Origin: Raillietiella orientalis
Taxonomy: Eukaryota
Assembly: GCA_036172245.1 (NCBI GenBank)
Contig: JAYWIR010000004.1
Coordinates: forward strand, 434,001-498,000
Length of the DNA: 64,000 bases
Direction: 5' to 3'
Position numbers and translations under genes: made by a program. Of the stretch, positions 24,601 to 35,896 are shown one piece after another. Position 1 is the first letter of the stretch. Each line of letters starts with the position of its first letter. The notes beneath the pieces were generated by a model. That model saw nothing but the letters and a program-made list of their open reading frames with translations. It did not search any database and had not been told where the DNA came from.

Positions 24601-27600
24601 CATCATATTGGCTTGACCTTAAATTATATTTAATGAATAGGAATACGTAAATGTAATGTATAGTTTATGAAGTGAATGGGAAAAGTTTTCTTGTTGAGCA
24701 TTTAAAAAATTCAAAAAAAGTATTTCTAATAAATTTATTGTCGTATTTAAGTAGTTCTCAGCATTTTTAACTGCCTGCAAGCATAATATTTGATGCCAAA
24801 GGTTCATAATGTAAGTGTTATTGTGAAGCAGAACATTCGGCAAGCATTGTTAGTATTCTGTGAAAGGCTATGAAAGATAAATACCCCAAAGTTGCTAACT
24901 GTTGATGGTAAAAGTTGCAGAGAAGAGGGTGAATTGCTGATGGAAATAGTGATAGTTGATTTTATAGTAGTGAAGAAAAGTGTAATCTGGATTGTGATTT
25001 TGATTTCATGCTTTATTTGGAAGTGAAATTTCTCTTACACATTTAGTCTGATGTGGGATGTTTGGAGGTGACATTTAGAAAATTCTATTCCTAGAAGGAG
25101 GTTTTCATTCATTATAAAAGGTATTTCTTGATATTTAGAACAATTATGAATATTTTGAATTGATCCACGAAGAACATCAAAGTAAGATGAGTTGAATGAA
25201 GAGAAAACATGAATGAAGGAAATAGGGTTGGGAGCATTGACATAGTTGTTTCTTTGCATGGATACTTGTAGAATTTAGGTGGGATCTGGAAGTTGGGTTT
25301 ACTGTATGACTTACAGAGCATCTGTAGATGTCTGGTTGAAAGATTTGTTACTGGTTTAGTACAAGAAATCGAAAATTTACGTGTTAAAAAGGTTAGTTTC
25401 AAGAAAAACAAGAATGTTCTATTTACTGATTAGGACATAATGTGAACCACGATTATGTATGATCATTGCAGTGTGTTAAGTGTAGTTGATTTAGCATAGT
25501 TATTGTTTATACAAATAATCTTTAAGCCTATTGCTACTGGTTTCCAAAAAATTCATCACTTTAATAAATATGCTTGAATTTTTAGACTGATTTATGTGGA
25601 ATTAAGTGGAGAAGATTTGTATCAGAATCATCATTTTGCATTGATCCCTTCGAAGATCCGGTGTTAACTTCGTTTTCGAAATGTTTAGCAGCTGACATTT
25701 TATGTGTGTGGCGTAGAATACCCTCCAAATGTCAGTTTGATTCATCTGGCCACAGTTTGAATCAAGAACAAAATTCAGTAGGTTTAAATTGCCCCAAAGA
25801 ATTGTGGGTATTTTGGTATGGTGAAGAACTTGATCTTCGAAATCTTATTAGCCCAGACTTACTTGTTCAAGGTAAGTTTGTGTTTTATATTTTTTTGTAT
25901 ATGATGAAATTTTTTATTAATGATTAATGATGCTGTAATAAATGTTTGTATTGAAGTGAGGTATTTAAAAGATAGAGCTGTTTGAACAGCTTACATTATT
26001 TTGGTTATGCTTACTTCAGTTATGCTGCATTTTTTGTGCTGTCCAAGATTATATATGTGTTTTTGTGCATTAAAGTTTGGGAAGTGTTTTCTGTAGAATG
26101 ATGTGAAAACTTGAGAAAAATGATTGCCTACATTTTGATCCATACATGTTGGTACAGGTTTTGAAATCATGTGTAACATTAAAATGTAATATTTCTAAAT
26201 GATACATGAAATATTTCAAGACAAAATAGAAAAAGGCTGCTGTTTTATTCACAGCACATGTAAATTAATGCATGGAAATCAATCTTGGTGAGCATGAACA
26301 CAAATAGGAATCATGTTTCTTGTTATTACACAATTTTTATTGTTGAAACAAAGTGGCTTCCAATGGCTCCCCCCCCCCCAAGAATTCTTTAGCTGTAATC
26401 ATTTAAAAGTAATGGCCTGAAGCTTTAACAAAAATATATTTTTGATATATGCACACAATTTGATTTGCATGAATCAACCAAAGAATTGAAACTGTAATTT
26501 GGAAAGTTTGGCCATAATTGAATTTTTCTTTTTGTAAAGAAACTTGGCCTGCAGTGTTATTTTTCCTAGTATTTCAATTACTTTACTTGAATATTTTACT
26601 TGAAAGCTTAAAAGCAAGTTTATTAAACTGATTCAGTGTGCTATTTTTCTATAATTTTGGCTCTTTTAAGCTTTCATTTAGCATGGTTTCTACATGGGTG
26701 GAAATGTTGAAGATTTTTGTAATTATATGCTCAAGTATTGCTTAATTTGTTAATTGCTTCTCATTATGTGACACCATTTAGTACTTGTTTTGAGTTCTGC
26801 AATATTGTATGATTTCATTCCAACTTTTCTTTGCTGTCCTTCTGAGTATTTAAACTGCTTATTTACACAACTTTGAGTTCAGTTTCATTTGTATTTTCCA
26901 ATGTTTTTTTGTCTCCGATGTATTGTGTTCATATGGAAAAGCTTTGCAGCTTATTTCCTATTGGTAATAGTTTTCATTATTGTTCAATTTGCAACATGTG
27001 TTTTCTCACATTTATTAAGATTCGAGGAAATTCTTTTTAAAAAACCTATTTTTAGCTTTAACTTTATATATTTTTTAAAAATATATAAAATTCGAGATCA
27101 TTTTATTGCAGTTTGTGCTCTTTTCCTCTCCATCTTTTTTTTTCTTCTTAATGTATGGATCTTGACACTGTTTACATTAGTTTTGCAAACTAATGTAAAC
27201 TATTAATCTGGTATGAGTTGACAATGGTATCTGCCCATAAATAATAAATGTAAAAATAAAAATTTTCATTGCAACAGGCGATACCAATTATTTTTCGCTT
27301 CATTTTTATCATGCTTACTTATGCCTATTGTCATAGAGATACACAATATTTAAGGAAACATTTTTGTTTTCATTTTTGTTGTTTTATTGCAATTTAATTT
27401 TCAAATTTCCAAAATTATATTATGCTGTTGTTGCAATGTTATTCACATTTTCATTTTTATTATGCTTCTTCCCTTAGTGATAATGAAGCTGAAAGAAAGT
27501 TTTTTAAAAAGGGCATTCATTAATTCAGTGGATGTAATTCGAAATTTGTTGATGGTTTTATTTATTGTCTCGAAGCATTAAATCGAAATTCAAAATAATA

Positions 27601-30600
27601 AAACTTTAATTTTAATATGCAAAGTATATGTAGGTATTTATAAGTTCTTAATTTTGTTAGAACCTGAGCAAGGATCCTGGGAGAATGGATTATCTTATGT
27701 CTGTCGAACTCTTCTGTTTAAAGCTCTTCATAATTTAATTGAAAGGTGAGAAACTTCTAACCATTTTAAAGAGGGTGTGGTTTTTTTGTTAAAACTGTTC
27801 TGTGCTAGTGTGCTACAGTTTTGTGAATTGATTTCGATATTATTTTAGATGTTTGTTTGCACATGGATTAATTAGAATTGGGAAGTGGTTTGTTCAACCC
27901 CATGAATGTACAGATAAATACAGTAGTGACAGGTATTTGTGTAGATGCTAATTTTTTTTTTCATTTAATTTTTTTTATTTCAGCCCCCATTTGGTCTTTT
28001 CTTTCACTTTTTTTGTTCATGGTGAAAGTACTGTGTGTGTAATCCTTGATGTTCGTCAACATGTGCCAGTATATCGGTTGGAGAATCAGCATTTGCTCTC
28101 TGTACAGGCTTCCCAAATGGATGTACAAGGTGAAAAAATGAATATTATTGATGGTGCTCATTGTTATTATAGTCTTGTTGGCTCCATATGGTTTATGTGG
28201 AACTCTTATTGGAAATCCGTTTAAAGAAAACGATCTACATGCAAAAAAAATTCTGGATGATTGGAGGAAGTTCTATCCTGTTGATCCGTCATGGCATCAG
28301 GAGCAGAATATACCAATGGTGGTTGAAGTGCTAATTGGTAACATGCGTGCTGTGTAAATATGTTTGAAATTAATGAAATTTCATGGTTCTCAAGGAGGTG
28401 TAAGAATGCTGTATCCATCTGCTTTGGTCCTTATTACCGATGTAGAAAACTTAGTTTGTAATTCAGATCATGATAATGTTCAGCCATTTTATTCATCACC
28501 ATTAACCAAAGGCTTAGCTCATAACAGTAAGTTTTCTGTAACATTGTAAATTATTTAAAACTGCCAGTTCGTGATAATTAAGAAGAAACAAATGAGTTTT
28601 CCATGCATTGTGTGTTATAAAGTTTAGTTTTTGTTTTTTCTTGTTTTTGTATTTTTTTAAAAAAATTTTTTTATTTCAAACAGTAGAACTTCATGTTGGA
28701 CTCGTAAATAGTTAAAAGTTAGAGATTTTTTCTTTCTTAGATGTTTTGTTATAACAAAAAAAGTTTCTATTTTTATTTTTTTTTATGTAAGCTGCTATTG
28801 AACGTCTAACACTATGTATTTTGAATTGGATAGGCCTTTTTTTAGAAATCATGTTTGTTCTGAATGTGCACATTTGTAATCTTAATTATCTCCCCATTGT
28901 ACTTATAGCTATCCGAGTCATTATGGGGAAATGAATGCATCCAGTAAACTTGCAGTTTTAAGCAGATTTTATTTTTTTTTGTAGCTTACAGAGTACTTTT
29001 GACACAGTATTGTAATTATGGTTATCTTAAATTCAGTTCTTAGGTTACCTGAGTAATATGTACAATAGGATTTGGTATAATGCACAATGCAAGTTATGCA
29101 CACATCTATAAATTTGTATTGTATGTATTCATTCATATCTATGTGTGTACATGGGCAACATGCTGATTTATCACTGTTCTTTTAAATTGTTCAATTTAAT
29201 TCAGAACTTATGCTGTACTTACCTAAGGGGCAGAATTTTTTTGCTCTGATATCATATCATGTGTATAGGTTAATGCAGGATTATTCTTGGATTGATTGAT
29301 ATTTGACAACACCCGATTAATTATATACCAGACTGAATTGCAAATTAGTTGATACTTTTTAAAAAACACTAAATTAGTCTGAAAGTACTGAAGAGCACTA
29401 AATGTTGCTTTTGCTTGCAGTTGATTATGGCAACAGCAGGCTGCAGATTTGCCCATTTCTTATGCTTTCATTTCAGATCTTATAATGGATTGCTTAGATT
29501 TTAGATACATGAATTAAAAGCTTCATGTTCTCACGAAAATTACGATATTTTTAAAGCAAAGGCTTGTGTGTGAAAATGCATACAGATAATTGACATATTT
29601 TTAAAATTTTGTAATTGTGCACTTGTATAATCATGCTTATTGTAACATTCTAGGCAACTTATGTGTGTTTTTGATTAAATCAGTATATGAAAATTATAAA
29701 ATATGTGAGGATTTTTTCATAGGTGTTTCAGTTTTAGGTGAAGATAGTCAGCAGTGGAAACCTTTGTGTTCTAAATTGACTGAACGTGTATGGGAGACAA
29801 GTTGTTTAAAATTAGGAAGCAATCAAAGTTTACACAATCCATTTGAATCTAGTCATGACGCTGAGCACTATGCTGAAAGTAATGCAAGTGATTCATTAGG
29901 AATGTGGGACTTTCAGGATCCACTGAGCAAGACTAAATGCACATGCACTCGGTAAATTGTTTGTTGGAAGATGAACAGATGACGATTTTTATAGAAACAA
30001 GCAAGGACAGGAATCTGGCTCAAGTAAGTGGAACATAGAAAACAAGACTCGAGTTGAAAAAACATGTAAAACGACAAGAAAAAAAACACCCTTCCATAAA
30101 CAAACATTCAGTAGTGATGCTGCCCCAGCAATCTTTGTTGAAGATCTCTCAGCACAGTTTCGGTAGACTAATTTTGCAGTGTAAATTGGAACTTTAGATT
30201 ACTTTTTTGTTGTAGTATGAACTCCCTACTTTCTGAACTAACTCCTGTATCATCTCATGGACAGCCATTTAAGATGAATACCTCATATTCAGAAGTACAT
30301 CCTAGTGGAGAACAAGTTTACATAACTAGTTCGCCCATAGCTAAGCAGTTATCCATTCAGCCAACTGCTTTGCAAGGTTTTTTTTTATCTGTAGCATTTT
30401 ATACGCTCGTTAATTTTTTTTTTTGTTTCTAGAATCGGGATTCAATTATAAAGATAGTGCTTCAGTTCCAACTGATAACCAAACAGAAAACACTCGGGAA
30501 ACGGGATCTCCAGTGGCTAATTCCATTCCTAATAAAGCGTCAATTGCCAGAGAAACAGATGCAAAGCTTCCTGTGGATTCTGTAAGTAGTGTGATGTTTT

Positions 30601-33600
30601 TGTTTTCAAATATTCTTTTGTCAGACTACTTATTCAATGTGTGCTAATATGCAGCCATCTTCTGAACAAGTAAAAGATCATTTAAATGTTCATGGAGAAA
30701 CAGCAGCACCATCCTTGAAACGTCCTAGTTTACCCATTTTAGATTATGAAGATTTGGTCAAAACTGAAGAGCAAAGCATTGCGCTTTACAGTTTTGCTGA
30801 AATAGATTCCTGGTAAAAAAATAATGATGATGATGATTTTGAATGCGAGTTTCATATTTAGGCTGTGTTATCCACTTAAAAAAGTTCGTTCATCTCAAGA
30901 AGATTCTTTGTGGATGAATGGAGAGAATAATGTTGAACACAAAGATTGTTTACCGTTTTCCGAATCCGAAAGATTCCAGTCTGAGGTAAGATTACGTTGT
31001 GATATAAACGTGGCAGATAATTATTTAATTGGATTCTAAAGAGTTTTGAAAGATAATACCATGGTTTGATAAATTTTCAAGAGCTAACTGAAGCTATTTC
31101 ATTGTATTGTTTATTAGGGTAATCTCGAATTAACAAAATGCTGTCGGGACCCTTACACTTTTACTGAGGATGGCGATGGTGTTGGTTCTCATTTGGACAT
31201 TCTGAAAAGAAAAGAAACTGAGGTAAATTTCCCGTTTTGTTAAACACTTTAGTAGCGTTAATTTTAGGACTCAGATAAGTCCCGAGATATTGCATCTGAT
31301 CAAGTAACTCCGAATTCCAAAGTAGTCAGCCTTTTTACAAGCCAAGGATTAGAGCCATCATTTCAAGATTTGGATAACATTTTCGAAAACTCAGATGATA
31401 ACAATAGTGATCATGAATTAGTGAGTTAAATCAGTAACAGCGATTAAATGCTTTTGTAGGTGCCTACTCCACCAGGTTCTAACAAATCAACTGGGGTATC
31501 AGAAGATACATGTGTTACACGTGTTCCAAAAGCATCCATGAATAATTCTGTAGCTCTTGTTCCAAGTTCTAATGGGCCTGGAATGCTTGGTATTATGGAA
31601 CTAACCAAGATGTTTCCTACTCCGCCTTCCCTGGAACATAATCCTATTCCTGTTTCCCCAACATCTCAGATTGATCAAGGTCTTAATGATGGGAATGAGT
31701 TTTCTTCGGGAAGTGGTTACTTTGCATCAAAAGATGTAAAAACTGATCCTGTTGTTGACATCGCAAAGAACAAGAAAATGGTTGACTGCGTTTTTAAGCC
31801 TCATAATATGCATCAGTATTTGAGCTCCAACAAGTATGCTCCTTTATCATCATTACCCAGCCACTTACTTGTTCCTCTTCCTTCCTTACCAAAATATGTA
31901 CCTTCCTTCCAGTGTAATGTATCAGTTGTTGATAAGCTTCCTGCTGTTAGGTAAGTTAGTTTATGCATACAAACTGATAAATATGTCTTTGTAGTCATAT
32001 CATTTCTTCAGTTGGAAACAGTTTTTCTTCAACGATGGCGCATAAATCTGGATGGTCCCCGATTTCACCTGCGACAAATTATCCAGAAAATCCTTTGTCT
32101 CAGCGATCTGGACCTGGATCTGTTGGATTTCACGGATATAATTTGTCTAGTCCTGCTTCCAACTGTTCCTCCTATTTAAATCGCACACTGAATTCTGTAG
32201 ATTGCATGCAAACTCCTTTGGTTCACAGTTTGATGGTGAACATTATCTTGAGTGATTCATTTTTGAATCTTTTCCGGGATCATAACTTTGAAAGTGCAAG
32301 TTTGTGTGTTTGTAGTAGTACGGGTAGTGTGAGAGGTGGAGATGCACATTTGTATCTGCCACCATCCTTCTTTCGTGATGAGGAGGAGCAGATACGATGT
32401 TCCTGTGGATTCAATGCTATTAGCAATCGACAGTTATCATATCAGGCTGGCTTATTTGCTGAAGATGAAGAGGAAGTGACATGCCTACACAGAAATTATC
32501 GTGTTTATCAAAAACCCTCCCTTCATTTTTTGTTTTCCCGTTCCCATTCAAATACGGATTCTGTTGCAGAAGGTGCAATTATTGATAAGGTGCCTTTCTC
32601 TCTTCTTGAGTTAGTAAAAGTACAGAGCCAAAGTATGTCTAGTGAGTGTCCTTTTTTAACCAAATTAGCTAATGGATCTTCTGGGTGCAAGATTCCAGTT
32701 GATCGAACACTGAATTGGTTAGCCTTTTCAGATACCAGTGAAGTGACACAGTGTGCCCTGGAGCAGAGTAGGTTGCCCAATACAAGTGTGCCCCTTCCCA
32801 GAACCTCAGAGAATCATAAAAGGAATTGTGTTCACAAGTGGCCTTTTATTCATGCTCGTGGTCCGCAGAGTACTCATGACATTTTAAGAACTATGAAAAT
32901 GGTGCAGCCATTCCTTCAACGTGCTGTTCAAAAGCAAAAGAACAAAAAAGAATGGGAAACATTCAAAGTGTCTGGTCCATTAACATGGCGTCAGTTTCAC
33001 CGATTAGCAGGGAGAGGTAGAGTCGTTAAGAAGTACACAGTTATGTATTGTATTATTCAGGTACTGATGACCAGTGTGAACCTCAACCAATTCCCATCCT
33101 TCATGTTGGCCATGATAAGGATTGCTTATCAATATCACCATATGCCATAAGCCAATGGGAGCGTCTTTTATTAGAACCATACTCATTGACAAGAGATGTT
33201 GCATACATTGTGGTAGCTCCAGACAATGATTTGGTTTTGTCCAAAGTCAGGACGTTCTTCAAGGAACTAAGCAGCACATATCAGGTTATTTTTTTCTTGT
33301 TTCACACTGAATGACTGAGCTATACAGCTTTGCCGCCTGGGACGGCATAAACCAATCACTAAAGTTTTGCGTCATGGTATTATGCGTGTTGGTAAAACAG
33401 CAGCACAGAAATTAGCAAACGAACCCATAGATGAATGGTTTTCCTTGCTAGGTGATTCTTTCCTTGCCTCCAAACTCAGATTATATGCCCAGGTAAGCCT
33501 TAACCCATTGGAATGTTTGTTTAATAGTGGACACACAGGTGTGCCGACACCATTTAGGCCCCCACTTAGCTACTTTGAACCTGGATGCAAGCTTGTTCAA

Positions 33601-35638
33601 AAGTTCCACATCAGTATCGTCGCCAAAATCCCTGGAAAGATCAAACCCTTCCATGCCTCCTCCTCTTTATAATGAATCAACTCAACAAGGCCCCACAACA
33701 CCAAAGAATGAAAGTGATGACTCTGCTGATTCTGTGAAAGAAGGAGCAAATAGTTCTTTACCTATGGAAATCAGTGAAGAGGACGAAAACAATATGCCCA
33801 CTATCGTGATATATATGGTAGATCCTTTTACTTTTGGTGTAGAACATTCAGAATTATATCGTGTTGTGTGGCTTGGATTGACTCGTTGCTACCAGCAGTT
33901 GCTGCGTGTACTCTCAGAATCACAGCAAGCCAATGTGCGCCTTCGTATAGTGTCCTTAGAGTCCATTTTATCTTTAACCCATCGTGATAATGCAACACAT
34001 CATGCATACATGAAGGATCTAGCTTTTTCTGTGTTCACATCCTGTCGAGGTTTATTGATGCATGTTTCAGGAAGTAAATCACTGACAGGTTTTGGTCCAT
34101 CTGCTGCTGCTGAATTATTTTTGAAGAACAAAGCTGTGAGTATTTTTTGTGAATTGGCATCAGCTATAATGGAGGTTCAGGAAAGTCAGAAAAAACCACA
34201 TACAATCTACACTCCAGCTTTTGTTCTGGCACCAGTTCAAGACAAAGGCGTCCGTTTAGATGAGCCACAGCTTGGTTTGAGTGACAAAAGCAATATATTG
34301 CATTGTTGCTATTGTTTGTCAGAGGATCAGAGGTGGCTGTTAGCTGCCTGCACTGATAACCAAGGAGAAATCTTAGAGAATGCTGTGATTAACATTGATG
34401 TTCCTGAAGGGTATAGTGCTTCTGTGTATTCTTTGTATTTCATTTCCTGTCTTAGTGTCCCCAGCAACAGAGCATCAGTGCGCCACATTGGTCTGCAGAA
34501 GTTGATGGATTTTGTACTTGGTGTGATGTCAATGGGCATCACCAGCTGGCGATTGGTTTTGTGCCGACTTGGTAGGGTTGGCCATGGTGAATTGAAATGC
34601 TGGAGTGGTCTGCTGAGTCGCAAAAACCTGCAGCGTGCCACTCGACAGCTAAGGGAGTTATGCAGACAGTGTAGCATGTTGCCTACTATTGATGTTCCAT
34701 GCATTGTGTCAGCCTGCCTGGTTTCCTTGGAACCAGATGCCAGCCTGCGTGTGCTCTCTGACCAGTTTACGTTTGACGAGCGTTTTGGCCAAAACAGTGC
34801 CAATTGCTCATTGTCCACACCAGAGGATGTATCCAGCACTCATATATTAGTCTTTCCTACCTCAGCAACCACTCAGGTTAGTTCATGTTTACCCTCGATA
34901 TGATGCATTGTAAGCATGTGGGTAGTCCTCACAGGCCACGTTTCAACAGGAGCACATCAATTCGTTGAATTCTCTCACTCTGGAATCTGATATCGAGAGC
35001 GATGCTGACTTTCTTAATGTATTAGACCTAAATAGCGAATTGGGTGCCGATGGAATGGATGAGATATTCAACTTTCTGAACGTTGGTCCTGGAGGAGTCA
35101 TACAGAGCCCCCCTGATAGCCCCAAACGTGATGGGGGAGGAAACTGTACCGATTCCACGCTCGGCCGAAAAAGAGTTCGTATACAAGGTGCACTGCCGGC
35201 TTTTTGTAATGTGCTCCTCAGGATAACAGTTCGTTAGTCGTTGATCCCCTGGAAGAAGCTGGTCAGCTACTACAACAGCCCCTAGCGTTAGGGTTCTACG
35301 TTTCGACAGCGACCACAGGAAGTATGCCCCGGTGGTTCTGGACTTCCTGCCCACACTTGGAGCACGTGTGCCCCACCTTCCTGAAATCTGCCCTCCACTT
35401 ACATTCTCCTGCTGTCCAACAGCAGCACGATGATTTGCTACAGCACAACCAACAGACTACGTCCACGCATGCTTTAGATTCCCAGTTCACGACGGATGTG
35501 TTGCGTCACGTGTTGGAAGGGTTCCACAGCTTGTCGTGGCTGGGGATAGAACACCGACGTGGCGAGCGCCGGTCGTGTCTGCCCATCCACATCCAACTTC
35601 TGCTGCATACTTATCATACAATGGGTGCATTAGTTTGA
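21644..35638 (+). CDS. MED13: Mediator of RNA polymerase II transcription subunit 13 (CDK8 kinase module; skuld orthologue), 24 exons, about 2018 aa
   Basis: Hand-spliced GT-AG exons: 21644-21712, 25586-25871, 27661-27745, 27849-27932, 27984-28129, 28173-28337, 28395-28526, 29723-29951, 29995-30162, 30216-30376, 30433-30581, 30625-30812, 30862-30985, 31118-31222, 31268-31420, 31460-31950, 31995-33016, 33061-33284, 33328-33492, 33539-34135, 34181-34410, 34456-34876, 34926-35187, 35238-35638. An alternative in-frame last junction is 35174/35222. Total 6057 nt, all phases consistent. MED13 motifs: [180 protein letters not shown]. Confidence 0.97.
22724..22790. repeat. (CA)n microsatellite followed by a degenerate TTCTTTATA(TTA) tandem repeat
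   Basis: About 9 CA units at 22725-22742, then repeated ttctttatatta-like units to about 22790. Confidence 0.85.
22856..23047. repeat. Long near-perfect inverted repeat (66/64-bp arms, 62-nt spacer) in MED13 intron 1
   Basis: 22856-22921 is the reverse complement of 22984-23047, apart from two 1-nt indels in homopolymers and one mismatch. Confidence 0.95.
24000..24400 (+). mobile_element. CR1/L2-type APE endonuclease relic inside MED13 intron 1, decayed to AT-rich sequence
   Basis: LMGSLNV (24123-24143, cf. IMGDFNI), KQIIKV (24189-24206), IDIVF (24249-24263) and ISNH (24332-24343, cf. ISDH) in the expected order. A similar, weaker relic may lie at about 25000-25565. Confidence 0.3.
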
Positions 35639-35890
35639 TGATGGTTATTGCTAGGTGCAAATGACTATTATGTACATAAGATAGATATATTTTCGAAGTT
35701 AATATCCAAATATACAAACTCCTATCATTATCCTAAGTCCCAGAACCTATTTTATGCTCCTAACTAAGGGAGATTTTTGATATTTATTGTGGATATATTT
35801 ATTTCTGCAGCTCTTGCTTAGTTGTAGTAGAATATTTATTATTGCAATCATGACTATACTGTTATTGTAAAAAAAATATTATTATTATAT

Positions 35891-35896
35891 AATAAA
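35891..35896 (+). terminator. Probable MED13 polyadenylation signal AATAAA
   Basis: AATAAA about 250 nt after the TGA stop, at the end of an AT-rich 3' UTR-like stretch, immediately before the switch to GC-rich DNA. Confidence 0.55.

Noticed and set aside
28684..28943. Possible cassette micro-exons 28684-28703 and 28909-28943 in MED13 intron 7
   Set aside because: Neither alone nor together do they preserve the phase-1 frame, while exon 7 joins exon 8 cleanly.
34327..34839. 170-aa antisense ORF, and other short ORFs antisense to MED13 exons
   Set aside because: Shadow ORFs on the opposite strand of a real coding region.
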